DNA of 63,811 nucleotides, taken from NCBI GenBank assembly GCA_964416445.1, contig CAYQEE010000001.1, forward strand, positions 1 through 63,811. Reading direction: 5' to 3'. This DNA comes from an uncultured Gammaproteobacteria bacterium (GTDB lineage: Bacteria > Patescibacteriota > Microgenomatia > Levybacterales > UBA12049). Of the stretch, positions 54,382 to 63,672 are shown piece by piece; the first letter of the stretch is position 1; every line of letters begins with the position of its first letter. Made by a program: the position numbers and the translations under genes. The notes under the pieces are model-generated. The model was not told where the DNA came from, searched no databases, and saw nothing but the letters and a program-made list of their open reading frames with translations.

Positions 54382-54499
54382 TGCAGAGTACTATATAGTA
54401 ATATTATTAAAAAAAAGTAAGATTGTTCCCTAAGGATCCTCAACATTCTCATTAAACTATGATAAGATTGAAAGTACAAAGTTTAAAAATCTCATACGG

Positions 54500-56911
54500 A
54501 TGTTAAATAAAAAAAGAAATGTATTTTCTTTGCTACTGTTATTCATTATTTGTCTGTTGTTATTTTGGCGTTTTTTCTTCAAGAATGAATTCCTTTTTCC
54601 TGGAAATTATTTAATAGCATTTTTTAGTCCTTATCAGTCATATAATAGCGTTCCAATTAGTAATAAACCTGTTGCTGATGATGTTTTTCGGCATATATAT
54701 ACCTTCAAAGTTTTAGCAGTTGATATGATGAAAAACCTTCATCTGCCACTGTGGAATCCTTATAATGGTGCTGGTATGCCTTTACTGGCTACGTTAAATA
54801 GTGGATTTTTGGATCCTTTTAATATACTTTTTTTTATTTTCCCGTATGCAAATGCGTGGAATATTTATTTATTTTTGCAATTTCTTCTTATTGGTCTGTT
54901 TACTTATTTATATTCCCGTAGTATTGGACTTTCCCAACAAGCTGCTTTATTTGCCTCTATTTCCTTTCTTTTTTCAGGTTTTGTTATTGCGCGGGTAAGT
55001 TTAGGTGCATATGGATTAGGAATAGCACTTTTACCATTATTCCTTTTTCTTATTGAACGGTATAGATCTCAGAAAAACTGGAAGATTTTCGGAATTATCA
55101 GTATCGTCGTTTTTTCGGTTATTGTTTCAACCCATCCGCAGATATCATTTTATATTTTGACGACGAGTTGTATTTATTTTGTATGCAGACTACTAACGCA
55201 AAAAGAAAACAGAATTACAAAATTTCTATCATTGAGCTTGTTTATCTTTTTTGTTCTTATGGGTATCGGATTAGCGGGTGTGCAACTTGTTCCTACATTA
55301 GAGTTGATACAATATGCAAATTTGAATGCAGATAAAAGTTTTATAGGAAATTATATTGTGCCGCTGTATCATCTTGTTTCAGTTGTTGTCCCAAATTATT
55401 TTGGTAATGTAAGTACTTATAATTATTGGGGAAAAACAGATTACTTAGAAACAGTCGTTTCCATTGGATCGATCCCAGTTTTATTTGCTTTTTTTGGATT
55501 TCTTGCTGTCTTAACAAGTGGATATAAAAAAATGATTGCGAGTTTCTACCTCATTTTACTTACTCTTTCATTAGCGCTTGCAATTAACTCTCCAATAACA
55601 GACTTGTTTAGCCGTTTTCCGATCCCATTACTTACTACTGATCCGCCTTCTCGCATTTTTTTACTTTCGACATTCTCAATAAGTATTCTTGCTGGATTAG
55701 GATACGAGTATATAACTCATCCTCTCACTTCTTTTAAAAAAATGTCTCTGTTTATTGCCCCGTATTTGTTGCTGATAGTTACTATTGATCTAATTACCTT
55801 TCATAACAAAATAGTCCATTTGCCTTGTCGAATATCGTCATTTGCTTGCTATGATATAGCATTTCGAAATACGGTATTCGAGAGTATTTTTTTCGTTATA
55901 ATGCTTATGATTCTTTTTGGTGCAGTAATTGTGAAAAGTAAAAAAATTGTAATCGTTAGTATTGTACTTGTTATTACAACTGGATTATATAATGCTGATA
56001 AATTTCTTCCATTTTCATCTCAAAATACCATATTACCTAAAAATTCTTTATTTCTAGAATTATCACAACTGAGTAATAAAGGGAGAGTTTTTGGGTTTGG
56101 AAAAGCAATGATAACAACAAATCTTGCTACATATTTTCGCTTTTATGATCCAGAATATTATCACCCACTCTACATTAAACGATATGGTGAATTAACAGGA
56201 TATACAAATACCGGGATGCCTGGACATGGCGTAGTCCGTGCTGATGCGATTATAAATAACCCAGTGATAATTCCGACTATAGATGCAATGCGAAGAGATC
56301 GATTTTTTACCTTATTGAGCGTACGATATCTCATTTATAATAAGCTTGATGTAATTAAAAATACTCAAAAAACCAATATCATTTGGCAAGATAACAAAAA
56401 TTATATAACTGAAAATAAATTCGCACTTCCTCATGCATATCTTGTTTCTCAATATCAAAAAGTAAGTTCACCAAAGGGTGAGTTACAAAAGCTTTTCCTG
56501 CCAGAATTTAATCCCTTTGTGAATGTATTATTAGAAAAAGAGCCATTGCATTTTGAAAATAACAGTAAGCCAATTGGTCATATTTTAATTACGAGTTACA
56601 AAGAAAATAATATCACCATAACTGCGAATACACAGAATCAAAGTTTGTTAGTACTAACAGATAATTATTATCCAGGTTGGAAAGCATTTATAGATAAAAA
56701 AAATACTGAAATTTATCGAGCAAATTATACATTTCGGGCTATCGTCCTTCCTTCGGGGAATCATGTAGTGAATTTTGTTTATGATCCATTATCTGTAAAA
56801 AGCGGCGAACTTATAAGTAGCATATCACTGATAATTTTGTTTCTATTAATGACTTTTTCTTTGTTGCGTAAATTCTTGTTTTATCAAAAAAATATATTTA
56901 AAATACGGTAA
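54500..56911 (+). CDS. YfhO family membrane glycosyltransferase (GT-C), subfamily 2
   Basis: FRHIYTFK, HLPLWNPYNGAGMPLLATLNSGFLDPFN, YDPEYYHPLYIKRYGEL, C-terminal YYPGWKAFIDKKNTEIYRANYTFRAIVLPSGNH plus a terminal TM. Confidence 0.88.
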   Translation: MLNKKRNVFSLLLLFIICLLLFWRFFFKNEFLFPGNYLIAFFSPYQSYNSVPISNKPVADDVFRHIYTFKVLAVDMMKNLHLPLWNPYNGAGMPLLATLNSGFLDPFNILFFIFPYANAWNIYLFLQFLLIGLFTYLYSRSIGLSQQAALFASISFLFSGFVIARVSLGAYGLGIALLPLFLFLIERYRSQKNWKIFGIISIVVFSVIVSTHPQISFYILTTSCIYFVCRLLTQKENRITKFLSLSLFIFFVLMGIGLAGVQLVPTLELIQYANLNADKSFIGNYIVPLYHLVSVVVPNYFGNVSTYNYWGKTDYLETVVSIGSIPVLFAFFGFLAVLTSGYKKMIASFYLILLTLSLALAINSPITDLFSRFPIPLLTTDPPSRIFLLSTFSISILAGLGYEYITHPLTSFKKMSLFIAPYLLLIVTIDLITFHNKIVHLPCRISSFACYDIAFRNTVFESIFFVIMLMILFGAVIVKSKKIVIVSIVLVITTGLYNADKFLPFSSQNTILPKNSLFLELSQLSNKGRVFGFGKAMITTNLATYFRFYDPEYYHPLYIKRYGELTGYTNTGMPGHGVVRADAIINNPVIIPTIDAMRRDRFFTLLSVRYLIYNKLDVIKNTQKTNIIWQDNKNYITENKFALPHAYLVSQYQKVSSPKGELQKLFLPEFNPFVNVLLEKEPLHFENNSKPIGHILITSYKENNITITANTQNQSLLVLTDNYYPGWKAFIDKKNTEIYRANYTFRAIVLPSGNHVVNFVYDPLSVKSGELISSISLIILFLLMTFSLLRKFLFYQKNIFKIR

Positions 56912-56941
56912 AATATTTCCACGTTAAACCTTTCTCAGTCA

Positions 56942-58420
56942 CTATTTTTTGGAATAGATTTTATAAGGGGGCTCCTGATAAACTAATCTGTAGTTTTTGG
57001 ATATTTCGTCTTTTATTTTTTGTGGTAACCAAGCTTCCGCAAATGGTTCAAGAAGAATGGTTTGACTTTTATAAATGATTGATTGGTATTCTTGAACAGG
57101 TAAGTTAGTGCCTGTTACTCGAATAATTCTCATATTTGCACAGTCATAAAAGAACGGTATATTTTTTTGAGCATATAATGCATAAATTGGTTCAAAAGTA
57201 AACAGTGGCTCCGGGAGTCGTTTTAACTTTCGTACAATAGTAAAAAATTGAGGTGTTTTGTTGGCAATAAGATAGAAATAAAGAGATGGAGCGGCAGTAA
57301 GAGTAACTAAGTAGAGAAGAAGTAACATGACAGTAGTATTTTTGATAGTAAATTTATTCCAAAAATGATTAAAGAAAAAACCACTACTTATTGCAAATGG
57401 TACGCCTATTATTGAAAGATAATGTGGGTAAAATGATTTCCCAGCAAATATACATATCAAGAATGTTATAAAACTAAAAACTGCAAATTGCCAATGAGTC
57501 TTTCTTAGCAAGAATATTCCCCAAAAGCCGAACAGAAATATCGGCCAATTCATAGGGAGAATTTGCAGTAGTATATAAAAACGATTTAGGTATGAAACAA
57601 AGTATGTTTGGGAGATTATGAAATTATGAAAACTATTTGGAATGAGGAGAATTATAAAATACGATGTGAAACTTAATACAAAATAAATTGTATAGTTGTT
57701 CCAAATCGTTTTACAGAACATGCGTATCTGTAATCGTGATTTAATAAGATTGATGGTTAGGATAGAAAGTAGAGCAATGAGCAAATTACTTACTAAACAG
57801 AATGAAAACAACCAGAGAAAAACTTGCGCTAATAGTTTTCTTTTTTTAACGCAGGTAAAGTAAATAAAGAAAGCTAAAAAAGGTAATGAGGTTTCACGAA
57901 TCGCAAAGAAATGGGCGTCCCACTGTGTAAATTCAACAAATGTCGAAAAGATAAAAATACTGAAAATTCCTGCATTTCTATTTTTTGTTAAGTAAATAGT
58001 TATAGAATAGAGAGGAAATAATGAAATAAAAACCCACATAATGTACATATAATCAAAGAGGGGAATGTTGAAATGGTATAATCGTAAAAAAATACTGAGA
58101 AGATACTGAAGAAATGGAGTATGTCCTGCGAGATTGAAATCTTTATAGGGAATATATCCCTGAGCTAATAGCTTTGCTTCGTAAAGATATATTCCTTCAT
58201 CAGTTTGCGGATATACTATTTTATTAATGCCATAACTTTGAAGAAATATATTTGCGAGATAGAAACAAATAAAAATACTATTATTTTTGAGCAATTGATA
58301 GAATTTAGGTACCTTAAATTTGTAATGTAAATTAAACATCACGTTAATAAAGTATACAATGTTATCTTTCGTTGAATAAAGTATAAATGAGAATTTCTTA
58401 TAAAAAGCAAGTAATTTCAC
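56942..58420 (-). CDS. ArnT-like GT-C polytopic membrane glycosyltransferase candidate
   Basis: GTG start with SD AGGAGA 10 nt upstream; loop-1 YPQTDEGIYLYEAKLLAQGYIPYKDF; many TM helices. Confidence 0.6.
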   Translation of the reverse strand: MKLLAFYKKFSFILYSTKDNIVYFINVMFNLHYKFKVPKFYQLLKNNSIFICFYLANIFLQSYGINKIVYPQTDEGIYLYEAKLLAQGYIPYKDFNLAGHTPFLQYLLSIFLRLYHFNIPLFDYMYIMWVFISLFPLYSITIYLTKNRNAGIFSIFIFSTFVEFTQWDAHFFAIRETSLPFLAFFIYFTCVKKRKLLAQVFLWLFSFCLVSNLLIALLSILTINLIKSRLQIRMFCKTIWNNYTIYFVLSFTSYFIILLIPNSFHNFIISQTYFVSYLNRFYILLQILPMNWPIFLFGFWGIFLLRKTHWQFAVFSFITFLICIFAGKSFYPHYLSIIGVPFAISSGFFFNHFWNKFTIKNTTVMLLLLYLVTLTAAPSLYFYLIANKTPQFFTIVRKLKRLPEPLFTFEPIYALYAQKNIPFFYDCANMRIIRVTGTNLPVQEYQSIIYKSQTILLEPFAEAWLPQKIKDEISKNYRLVYQEPPYKIYSKK

Positions 58421-58502
58421 TTAAAACTATTCTCCTGCTATACTATGCAAAGGTATCAAAACTAAGCTTGTATTTTGATAAACAATTATACTTTTTTAGT
58501 AC

Positions 58503-60185
58503 ATGGGTATGGAATTCATTATGAAGAGAACTAAAGCTTTATATTCTCAAATGAAAATTAAATATATTATCTTTTTATTACTTATTGTTTTTTGTGCTTT
58601 TTTCCTGAGATTTTATCAATTAGGTAAAAACCCTCCCTCACTCACGTGGGATGAGGTTGCATGGGGATACAATGCCTATGCCCTCGGTACTGATGGGAGA
58701 GATGAGTTTGGAAGATTTTTACCGCTTAATTATTTGGAATCTTTTGGAGATTTTAAACCGCCAATGTACGCGTATCTTGCTATTGTGCCCGTTAAGCTCT
58801 TTGGTTTGAATGAATTTGCAACTCGGTTTCCTTCAGCATTTTTTGGAACGTTAACTGTGTTATTTACGTACTTTCTTACTATAGAAATTTTTAAGACTTC
58901 CGAGAACAAAAAATGGTATGCATTAGTTGCTGCGAGTATATTGGCAATTTCACCATGGCATATTATGCTTTCAAGGGCAGCGTTTGAAGCAAATGTCGCA
59001 ACATTTTTTCTAACCATTGGCGTTTGGTTATATCTAAAAGCCGTTCATGATAATTTGTGGTATCTCTGTTGTTCTGTTGCCTCGTTTGTTTTCGCTTTTT
59101 ACACGTTTAATAGTGCACGAATAGTCGGTCCTCTGCTTATCATTTTCTTAAGTTGCTTGTTCTGGAAAACATTATGGAATCATAAGAAACAATTTGGTAT
59201 TGCCGTGTGCGTTGGAATTATTATGTTGCTTCCTACCTTAAAGTTTTTAACTACTCCACAAGCAAAATTACGATTTCAAGAGGTAAACATTTTCTCGGAT
59301 CCACAAATTGTTAAAACTTCAAATCAAGAAATTGCAAATGATAATAATGCTCTCTGGTCAAAAGTTATTCATAATAGAAGGTGGTTGTACGCACTTTCAT
59401 TTACGCGACATTATTTTGATAACCTCAATCCGAACTTTTTATTTATTCGTGGTGATGGTAATCCAAAATTTTCAACACAAGATGTCGGAGAAATGTATAT
59501 TTGGGATATTATTTTTTTTGTCTGTGGTATTCTTTTCCTATTCAAAAAAAAAGAAGGAAATTGGATCATTATTCCTTTGTGGTTATTGATTGGAATAATT
59601 CCCGCAGCGACGGCAAGAGAGACACCGCACGCATTACGAATTGAGGCAACTTTACCAACTTTTCAAATATGTATCGCATATGGATTTGTTGTATTGACAG
59701 CCTATTTCGCAAAGAGATGGTCACCACTCTTCACGAAAATTATTGGGCTTTGTGTTGGAATTTTTTTACTGGGAAATGTTTTCTATTTTCTTCATGGTTA
59801 TTACACGTTCTATCCATCAGAGTTCTCCGGTGAATGGCAGTATGGCTACAAAGATTCGATTACTTATATCCGTTCGGTGTATTCCTCGTATGATCATTTT
59901 GTCATCACCGAGACACTAGGCCGTCCCTATATCTATTACTTATTTTATTTAAAATACAATCCACAACAATTTCGTAATACTGCCCAAGTTCACCGTGATG
60001 TTTTTGGGTTTGTTGATGTACAGAGTTTTGATAAATATCAGTTTTCATCTGAAGTTAAGCCAAATGAAAAAAAAGGCAAAACATTATTTATTGATACACC
60101 AAATGCAATTCCAGGCAATGCTCATATTATTAAAGAATTCAATTTGCTCAATGGTGAACCTGCGTTAGTTGCATATACAATATAG
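58503..60185 (+). CDS. PMT/ArnT-like (PMT_2-type) GT-C membrane glycosyltransferase, tandem paralog 1
   Basis: PPSLTWDEVAWGYNAYALGTDGRDEFGRFLPL..FGDFKPPMYAY; RETPHALRIEATLP. The start could instead be the ATG at 58509 or 58521. Confidence 0.8.
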   Translation: MGMEFIMKRTKALYSQMKIKYIIFLLLIVFCAFFLRFYQLGKNPPSLTWDEVAWGYNAYALGTDGRDEFGRFLPLNYLESFGDFKPPMYAYLAIVPVKLFGLNEFATRFPSAFFGTLTVLFTYFLTIEIFKTSENKKWYALVAASILAISPWHIMLSRAAFEANVATFFLTIGVWLYLKAVHDNLWYLCCSVASFVFAFYTFNSARIVGPLLIIFLSCLFWKTLWNHKKQFGIAVCVGIIMLLPTLKFLTTPQAKLRFQEVNIFSDPQIVKTSNQEIANDNNALWSKVIHNRRWLYALSFTRHYFDNLNPNFLFIRGDGNPKFSTQDVGEMYIWDIIFFVCGILFLFKKKEGNWIIIPLWLLIGIIPAATARETPHALRIEATLPTFQICIAYGFVVLTAYFAKRWSPLFTKIIGLCVGIFLLGNVFYFLHGYYTFYPSEFSGEWQYGYKDSITYIRSVYSSYDHFVITETLGRPYIYYLFYLKYNPQQFRNTAQVHRDVFGFVDVQSFDKYQFSSEVKPNEKKGKTLFIDTPNAIPGNAHIIKEFNLLNGEPALVAYTI

Positions 60186-60190
60186 TTTCT

Positions 60191-61831
60191 ATGAGAAAAT
60201 ATATATTAGTTGGTATTTTGATAATTGGACTTGCGCTTCGATTATGGCAAATAGGGAGTGTCCCGCCTTCGCCTGATTGGGACGAAGCCGCGTTAGGATA
60301 TAACGCGTATTCCATACTGCATACTGGAAAAGACGAGTATGGGCAATTCTTCCCTATAGTCTTGCGTTCATTTGATGATTATAAACCTGCGTTGTATACC
60401 TATCTTGCTATTCCATCAATAGCGTTACTTGGACTAAATGTTATAGCAGTTCGCCTGCCTTCAGTAATTATTGGAGTCTTAGCAATTTTAGGAGCTTATA
60501 TCCTCGTTGTTGAATTATTCAATAATAGAAAGTTAGGGCTTATTGCTTCAATGCTTTTAGCAATATCTCCCTGGCATATTCAATTTAGTCGTATAGCGTT
60601 TGAATCAAGCGTCGGGATGGCATTTAATTTATTTTCGATGATTTTTTTCTTAAAAGGATTAAAAAAACCGTGGTATATGTTTCTTTCAATTCTCTTTATT
60701 TGTTCAAGCATGTACGTGTATCAAAGCGAGAAAGTTTTTGCTCCATTGCTATTCGTAACCTTAACCGTTGTCTACTGGAAAAAGATACTTACCTTACCTA
60801 AATCATTTCTGTTTGGAAGTGTAATTTTAGGACTCATTTTAATTCTTCCTTTAGGAGTTTATACGATGACAAATAAAAATGCTTTAGCAAGAGCTCAAGG
60901 AGTTAGTTTCCTTGCAGATCAAACATCCTTTCTCAAAAATGACGCGACACGCTTAGCAATTGATCATCAACATAGGGATTATTTGGGAATATTCTTTGAT
61001 AATCGACGAATATTGATTGCTAAAACGGTAATCGCTAATTATATTTCTCATTTTGATCTAAATTGGTTATTTATTACAGGTGATATCTCACGACATCATG
61101 CACCTGGTATGGGGTTATTGTATTTATGGGAATTACCATTTATTTATATTGGAATTTATCAACTCTTATTTGGTGATTTTGATAAAAAAGCGAAAATAGT
61201 ACTTTTTATCTGGCTTTTATTAGTTCCTATACCTGCCTCCATTACTTCAGGAGTTCCTCATGCGGTAAGAACATTAAATTTTTTACCTTTGTTTGAAATC
61301 GCAGCAAGCATTGGACTATGGTCTACTTTTATGTTTTTATCATCAAGGAAAGAAAAAGTATATGCAGTATTCGGGAAAAATATTTTGATAGTCTGTTTAA
61401 TTGGATTTGCAATATTTAATTTTTCTTATTATCTTGACCAATATTTTATTCAACAAAATTATTACAATGCGATCGATTGGCAATATGGTTATAGTAAAGC
61501 CATACCCTTTGTTAATAGTATCCAACATAAATACAAAAAAATTGTAGTTGATAATCAACCATATATGGATCAATCGTATATTTTCTTTTTATTTTATCTC
61601 CACTATCCTCCTGAGCTCTATCAACAAGCTAGTCTCAATAGTTCAGGTGGTTTTCGAGAGGATCATAGTTTTGGGAAATTTGAATTTAGACCGATCGATT
61701 GGAGCAAAGAAATAAAAGATCCTACGATATTATATATTGGTAGAGCTAGTGATTTCCCAACTGGTAGTGATAAACTCGATGAAATAAATTTTCCTGATAG
61801 TACACCTGCTATGGATATTGTTAAAGGATAA
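60191..61831 (+). CDS. PMT/ArnT-like (PMT_2-type) GT-C membrane glycosyltransferase, tandem paralog 2
   Basis: PPSPDWDEAALGYNAYSILHTGKDEYGQFFPIVLRSFDDYKPALYTY; GVPHAVRTLNFLP. Confidence 0.8.
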   Translation: MRKYILVGILIIGLALRLWQIGSVPPSPDWDEAALGYNAYSILHTGKDEYGQFFPIVLRSFDDYKPALYTYLAIPSIALLGLNVIAVRLPSVIIGVLAILGAYILVVELFNNRKLGLIASMLLAISPWHIQFSRIAFESSVGMAFNLFSMIFFLKGLKKPWYMFLSILFICSSMYVYQSEKVFAPLLFVTLTVVYWKKILTLPKSFLFGSVILGLILILPLGVYTMTNKNALARAQGVSFLADQTSFLKNDATRLAIDHQHRDYLGIFFDNRRILIAKTVIANYISHFDLNWLFITGDISRHHAPGMGLLYLWELPFIYIGIYQLLFGDFDKKAKIVLFIWLLLVPIPASITSGVPHAVRTLNFLPLFEIAASIGLWSTFMFLSSRKEKVYAVFGKNILIVCLIGFAIFNFSYYLDQYFIQQNYYNAIDWQYGYSKAIPFVNSIQHKYKKIVVDNQPYMDQSYIFFLFYLHYPPELYQQASLNSSGGFREDHSFGKFEFRPIDWSKEIKDPTILYIGRASDFPTGSDKLDEINFPDSTPAMDIVKG

Positions 61832-61957
61832 AGATGTGAGGATAAAAACAATATGTGTTTCGTATAAATACATAAAGTTTTTCTTTATATCATGGTAGAA
61901 TAAGAGATAATCTCGTTGAAGGAATGTGATCCCTCGGGAAGTAGGCTAAAAATATTT

Positions 61958-61966
61958 TGATAGAAT
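61958..61966 (+). promoter_or_regulatory. Extended -10 (TGATAGAAT) upstream of paralog 3
   Basis: TGATAGAAT at 61958-61966, 20 nt upstream of the ATG at 61987. It overlaps the TTG (61957) used by the ORF track, which argues against that start. A second TGGTAGAAT lies at 61893-61901. Confidence 0.4.
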
Positions 61967-61986
61967 CTTATAAAATTACAAAAAAC

Positions 61987-63660
61987 ATGAAAATTACGAT
62001 TTACTCAGTGTTATTTTTTTTAATATTTTTACTTGCTGTTTTTTTCCGTTTGTACAATATTTCATCTGTCCCACCAAGCCCTTCTCTTGATGAAGTAACC
62101 ATAGGATATAATGCTTATTCAATATTACAAACTGGAAGAGACGAGTATGGTTACTATCTTCCTATTCTTCTACGCGCCTATGATGATTACCGGCCGGCAT
62201 TATATGTTTATTTAGTTATACCCTTCATTAAATTATTTGGATTACAAGTCGTTGCGGTTCGTTTACCTTCTGTCATCTTATCATTGATAACCGTGGTATC
62301 AACGTATTTTTTAGTAAAAGAACTTACCAAAAAATACCAATACGGTAAAGTAGTTGCGTTATTAAGTATGTTTCTCTTAGCAGTTTCACCTTGGCATATT
62401 TACATTTCACGACTTGGTCATGAGGCAAATGCAGGTGCAACATTTATTGTCTTAGGCGCTCTTTTCTTTCTCTATAGTGTTAATAATTTTGGGAAGCGAT
62501 GGTTCATCATGCTCTCTGCACTCTTTTATAGTTTATCTTTTTATACATATCAAAGTGAGAAAGTTTTTACTCCGTTAATCGTTATTTGTCTCATATTGTT
62601 ATATTGGAGAAAGATATTTGTTATTCGGAAAGAAGCGGGAGTCGCATTAGTACTAGCTTTTCTTATTACAGTACCAATCTTTCGAGCATCGTTAACTCCC
62701 GATGCAATGTTACGATTAAAAGGAACTTCAGCATTCACAAATATGGATCAACTCTCTCTACAAAATGCACACCAATTACTTGTTGATAAAAAGCAATCAA
62801 ATTACTTTGCAATAATAATTGATAATCGGAGACTTATTCCAGTAAAGATATTTTTCACTAATTATTTTGCTCATTTTAATCCATATTGGTTAATAGCAAA
62901 TATTGGGAATAATGGTAAAGAAGAATTTAAAATTCCATCAATCGGACTTTTTTATTTTTGGGAATTACCATTTTTTATCCTTGGCTTATTATTTTTATGG
63001 CTGAGTAATTTACAGAAAAAAGAAAAATTTCTCCTACTGATATGGTTCTTATTTGCTTTTATCCCTCCCAGTATTGCTACAGGAGCACCACATGCTATGC
63101 GATCTTATAATATTCTTCCCGTACCACAAATTATTGAGGGTTTTGGTATTTTGGGGGTATTTCTGTTATTGTCAAAGCAAAAGCATATTGTTCTGAGAAT
63201 AGAAAAAATTTTACTTGGATTTCTTTTCGTGTTACTTGTTGGATATTCATTAGTTTCTTTAACGCTTAATTACTTTTATGTCTTTCCCAAAATAGAGTCA
63301 GAACCTTATCAGTACGCTCTTTTTCAAGCGTTTACTTATTTAGTAAAAAATAATAACTCATCGAAACCTGTTATTGTTGGAATAAGAAATAATCTGTTTG
63401 AATCCTATATGTTTTATTTGTTTGTGAGTCATTATAATCCCTCCTTATATTTAAAGCATGGTGGAACTGTTTCAGGTGGATTCGCGGAGGAACATAGAAT
63501 AGGGAACATATCATTTCATCCAATCAACTGGGATAATAGCAAAAAAATACCTAACGCAATCTATATTGGTAATCCCGCATCATTTCCAGAAAGTATAGAG
63601 TCATACAAGAATTTTTATTATTTAGACGGAACACTTGGTGTAAAAATCGTAAAGACGTGA
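61987..63660 (+). CDS. PMT/ArnT-like (PMT_2-type) GT-C membrane glycosyltransferase, tandem paralog 3
   Basis: PPSPSLDEVTIGYNAYSILQTGRDEYGYYLPILLRAYDDYRPALYVY; GAPHAMRSYNILP. The ATG at 61987 (MKITIYSVLFF..) is preferred over the TTG at 61957. Confidence 0.8.
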   Translation: MKITIYSVLFFLIFLLAVFFRLYNISSVPPSPSLDEVTIGYNAYSILQTGRDEYGYYLPILLRAYDDYRPALYVYLVIPFIKLFGLQVVAVRLPSVILSLITVVSTYFLVKELTKKYQYGKVVALLSMFLLAVSPWHIYISRLGHEANAGATFIVLGALFFLYSVNNFGKRWFIMLSALFYSLSFYTYQSEKVFTPLIVICLILLYWRKIFVIRKEAGVALVLAFLITVPIFRASLTPDAMLRLKGTSAFTNMDQLSLQNAHQLLVDKKQSNYFAIIIDNRRLIPVKIFFTNYFAHFNPYWLIANIGNNGKEEFKIPSIGLFYFWELPFFILGLLFLWLSNLQKKEKFLLLIWFLFAFIPPSIATGAPHAMRSYNILPVPQIIEGFGILGVFLLLSKQKHIVLRIEKILLGFLFVLLVGYSLVSLTLNYFYVFPKIESEPYQYALFQAFTYLVKNNNSSKPVIVGIRNNLFESYMFYLFVSHYNPSLYLKHGGTVSGGFAEEHRIGNISFHPINWDNSKKIPNAIYIGNPASFPESIESYKNFYYLDGTLGVKIVKT

Positions 63661-63672
63661 TTAATTACAGAA

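Noticed and set aside
61957-61986. TTG at 61957 as the start of the third PMT-like paralog
   Set aside because: The TTG overlaps a TGATAGAAT extended -10 box. The ATG at 61987 begins directly at the signal/TM1 sequence, as in the paralogs.
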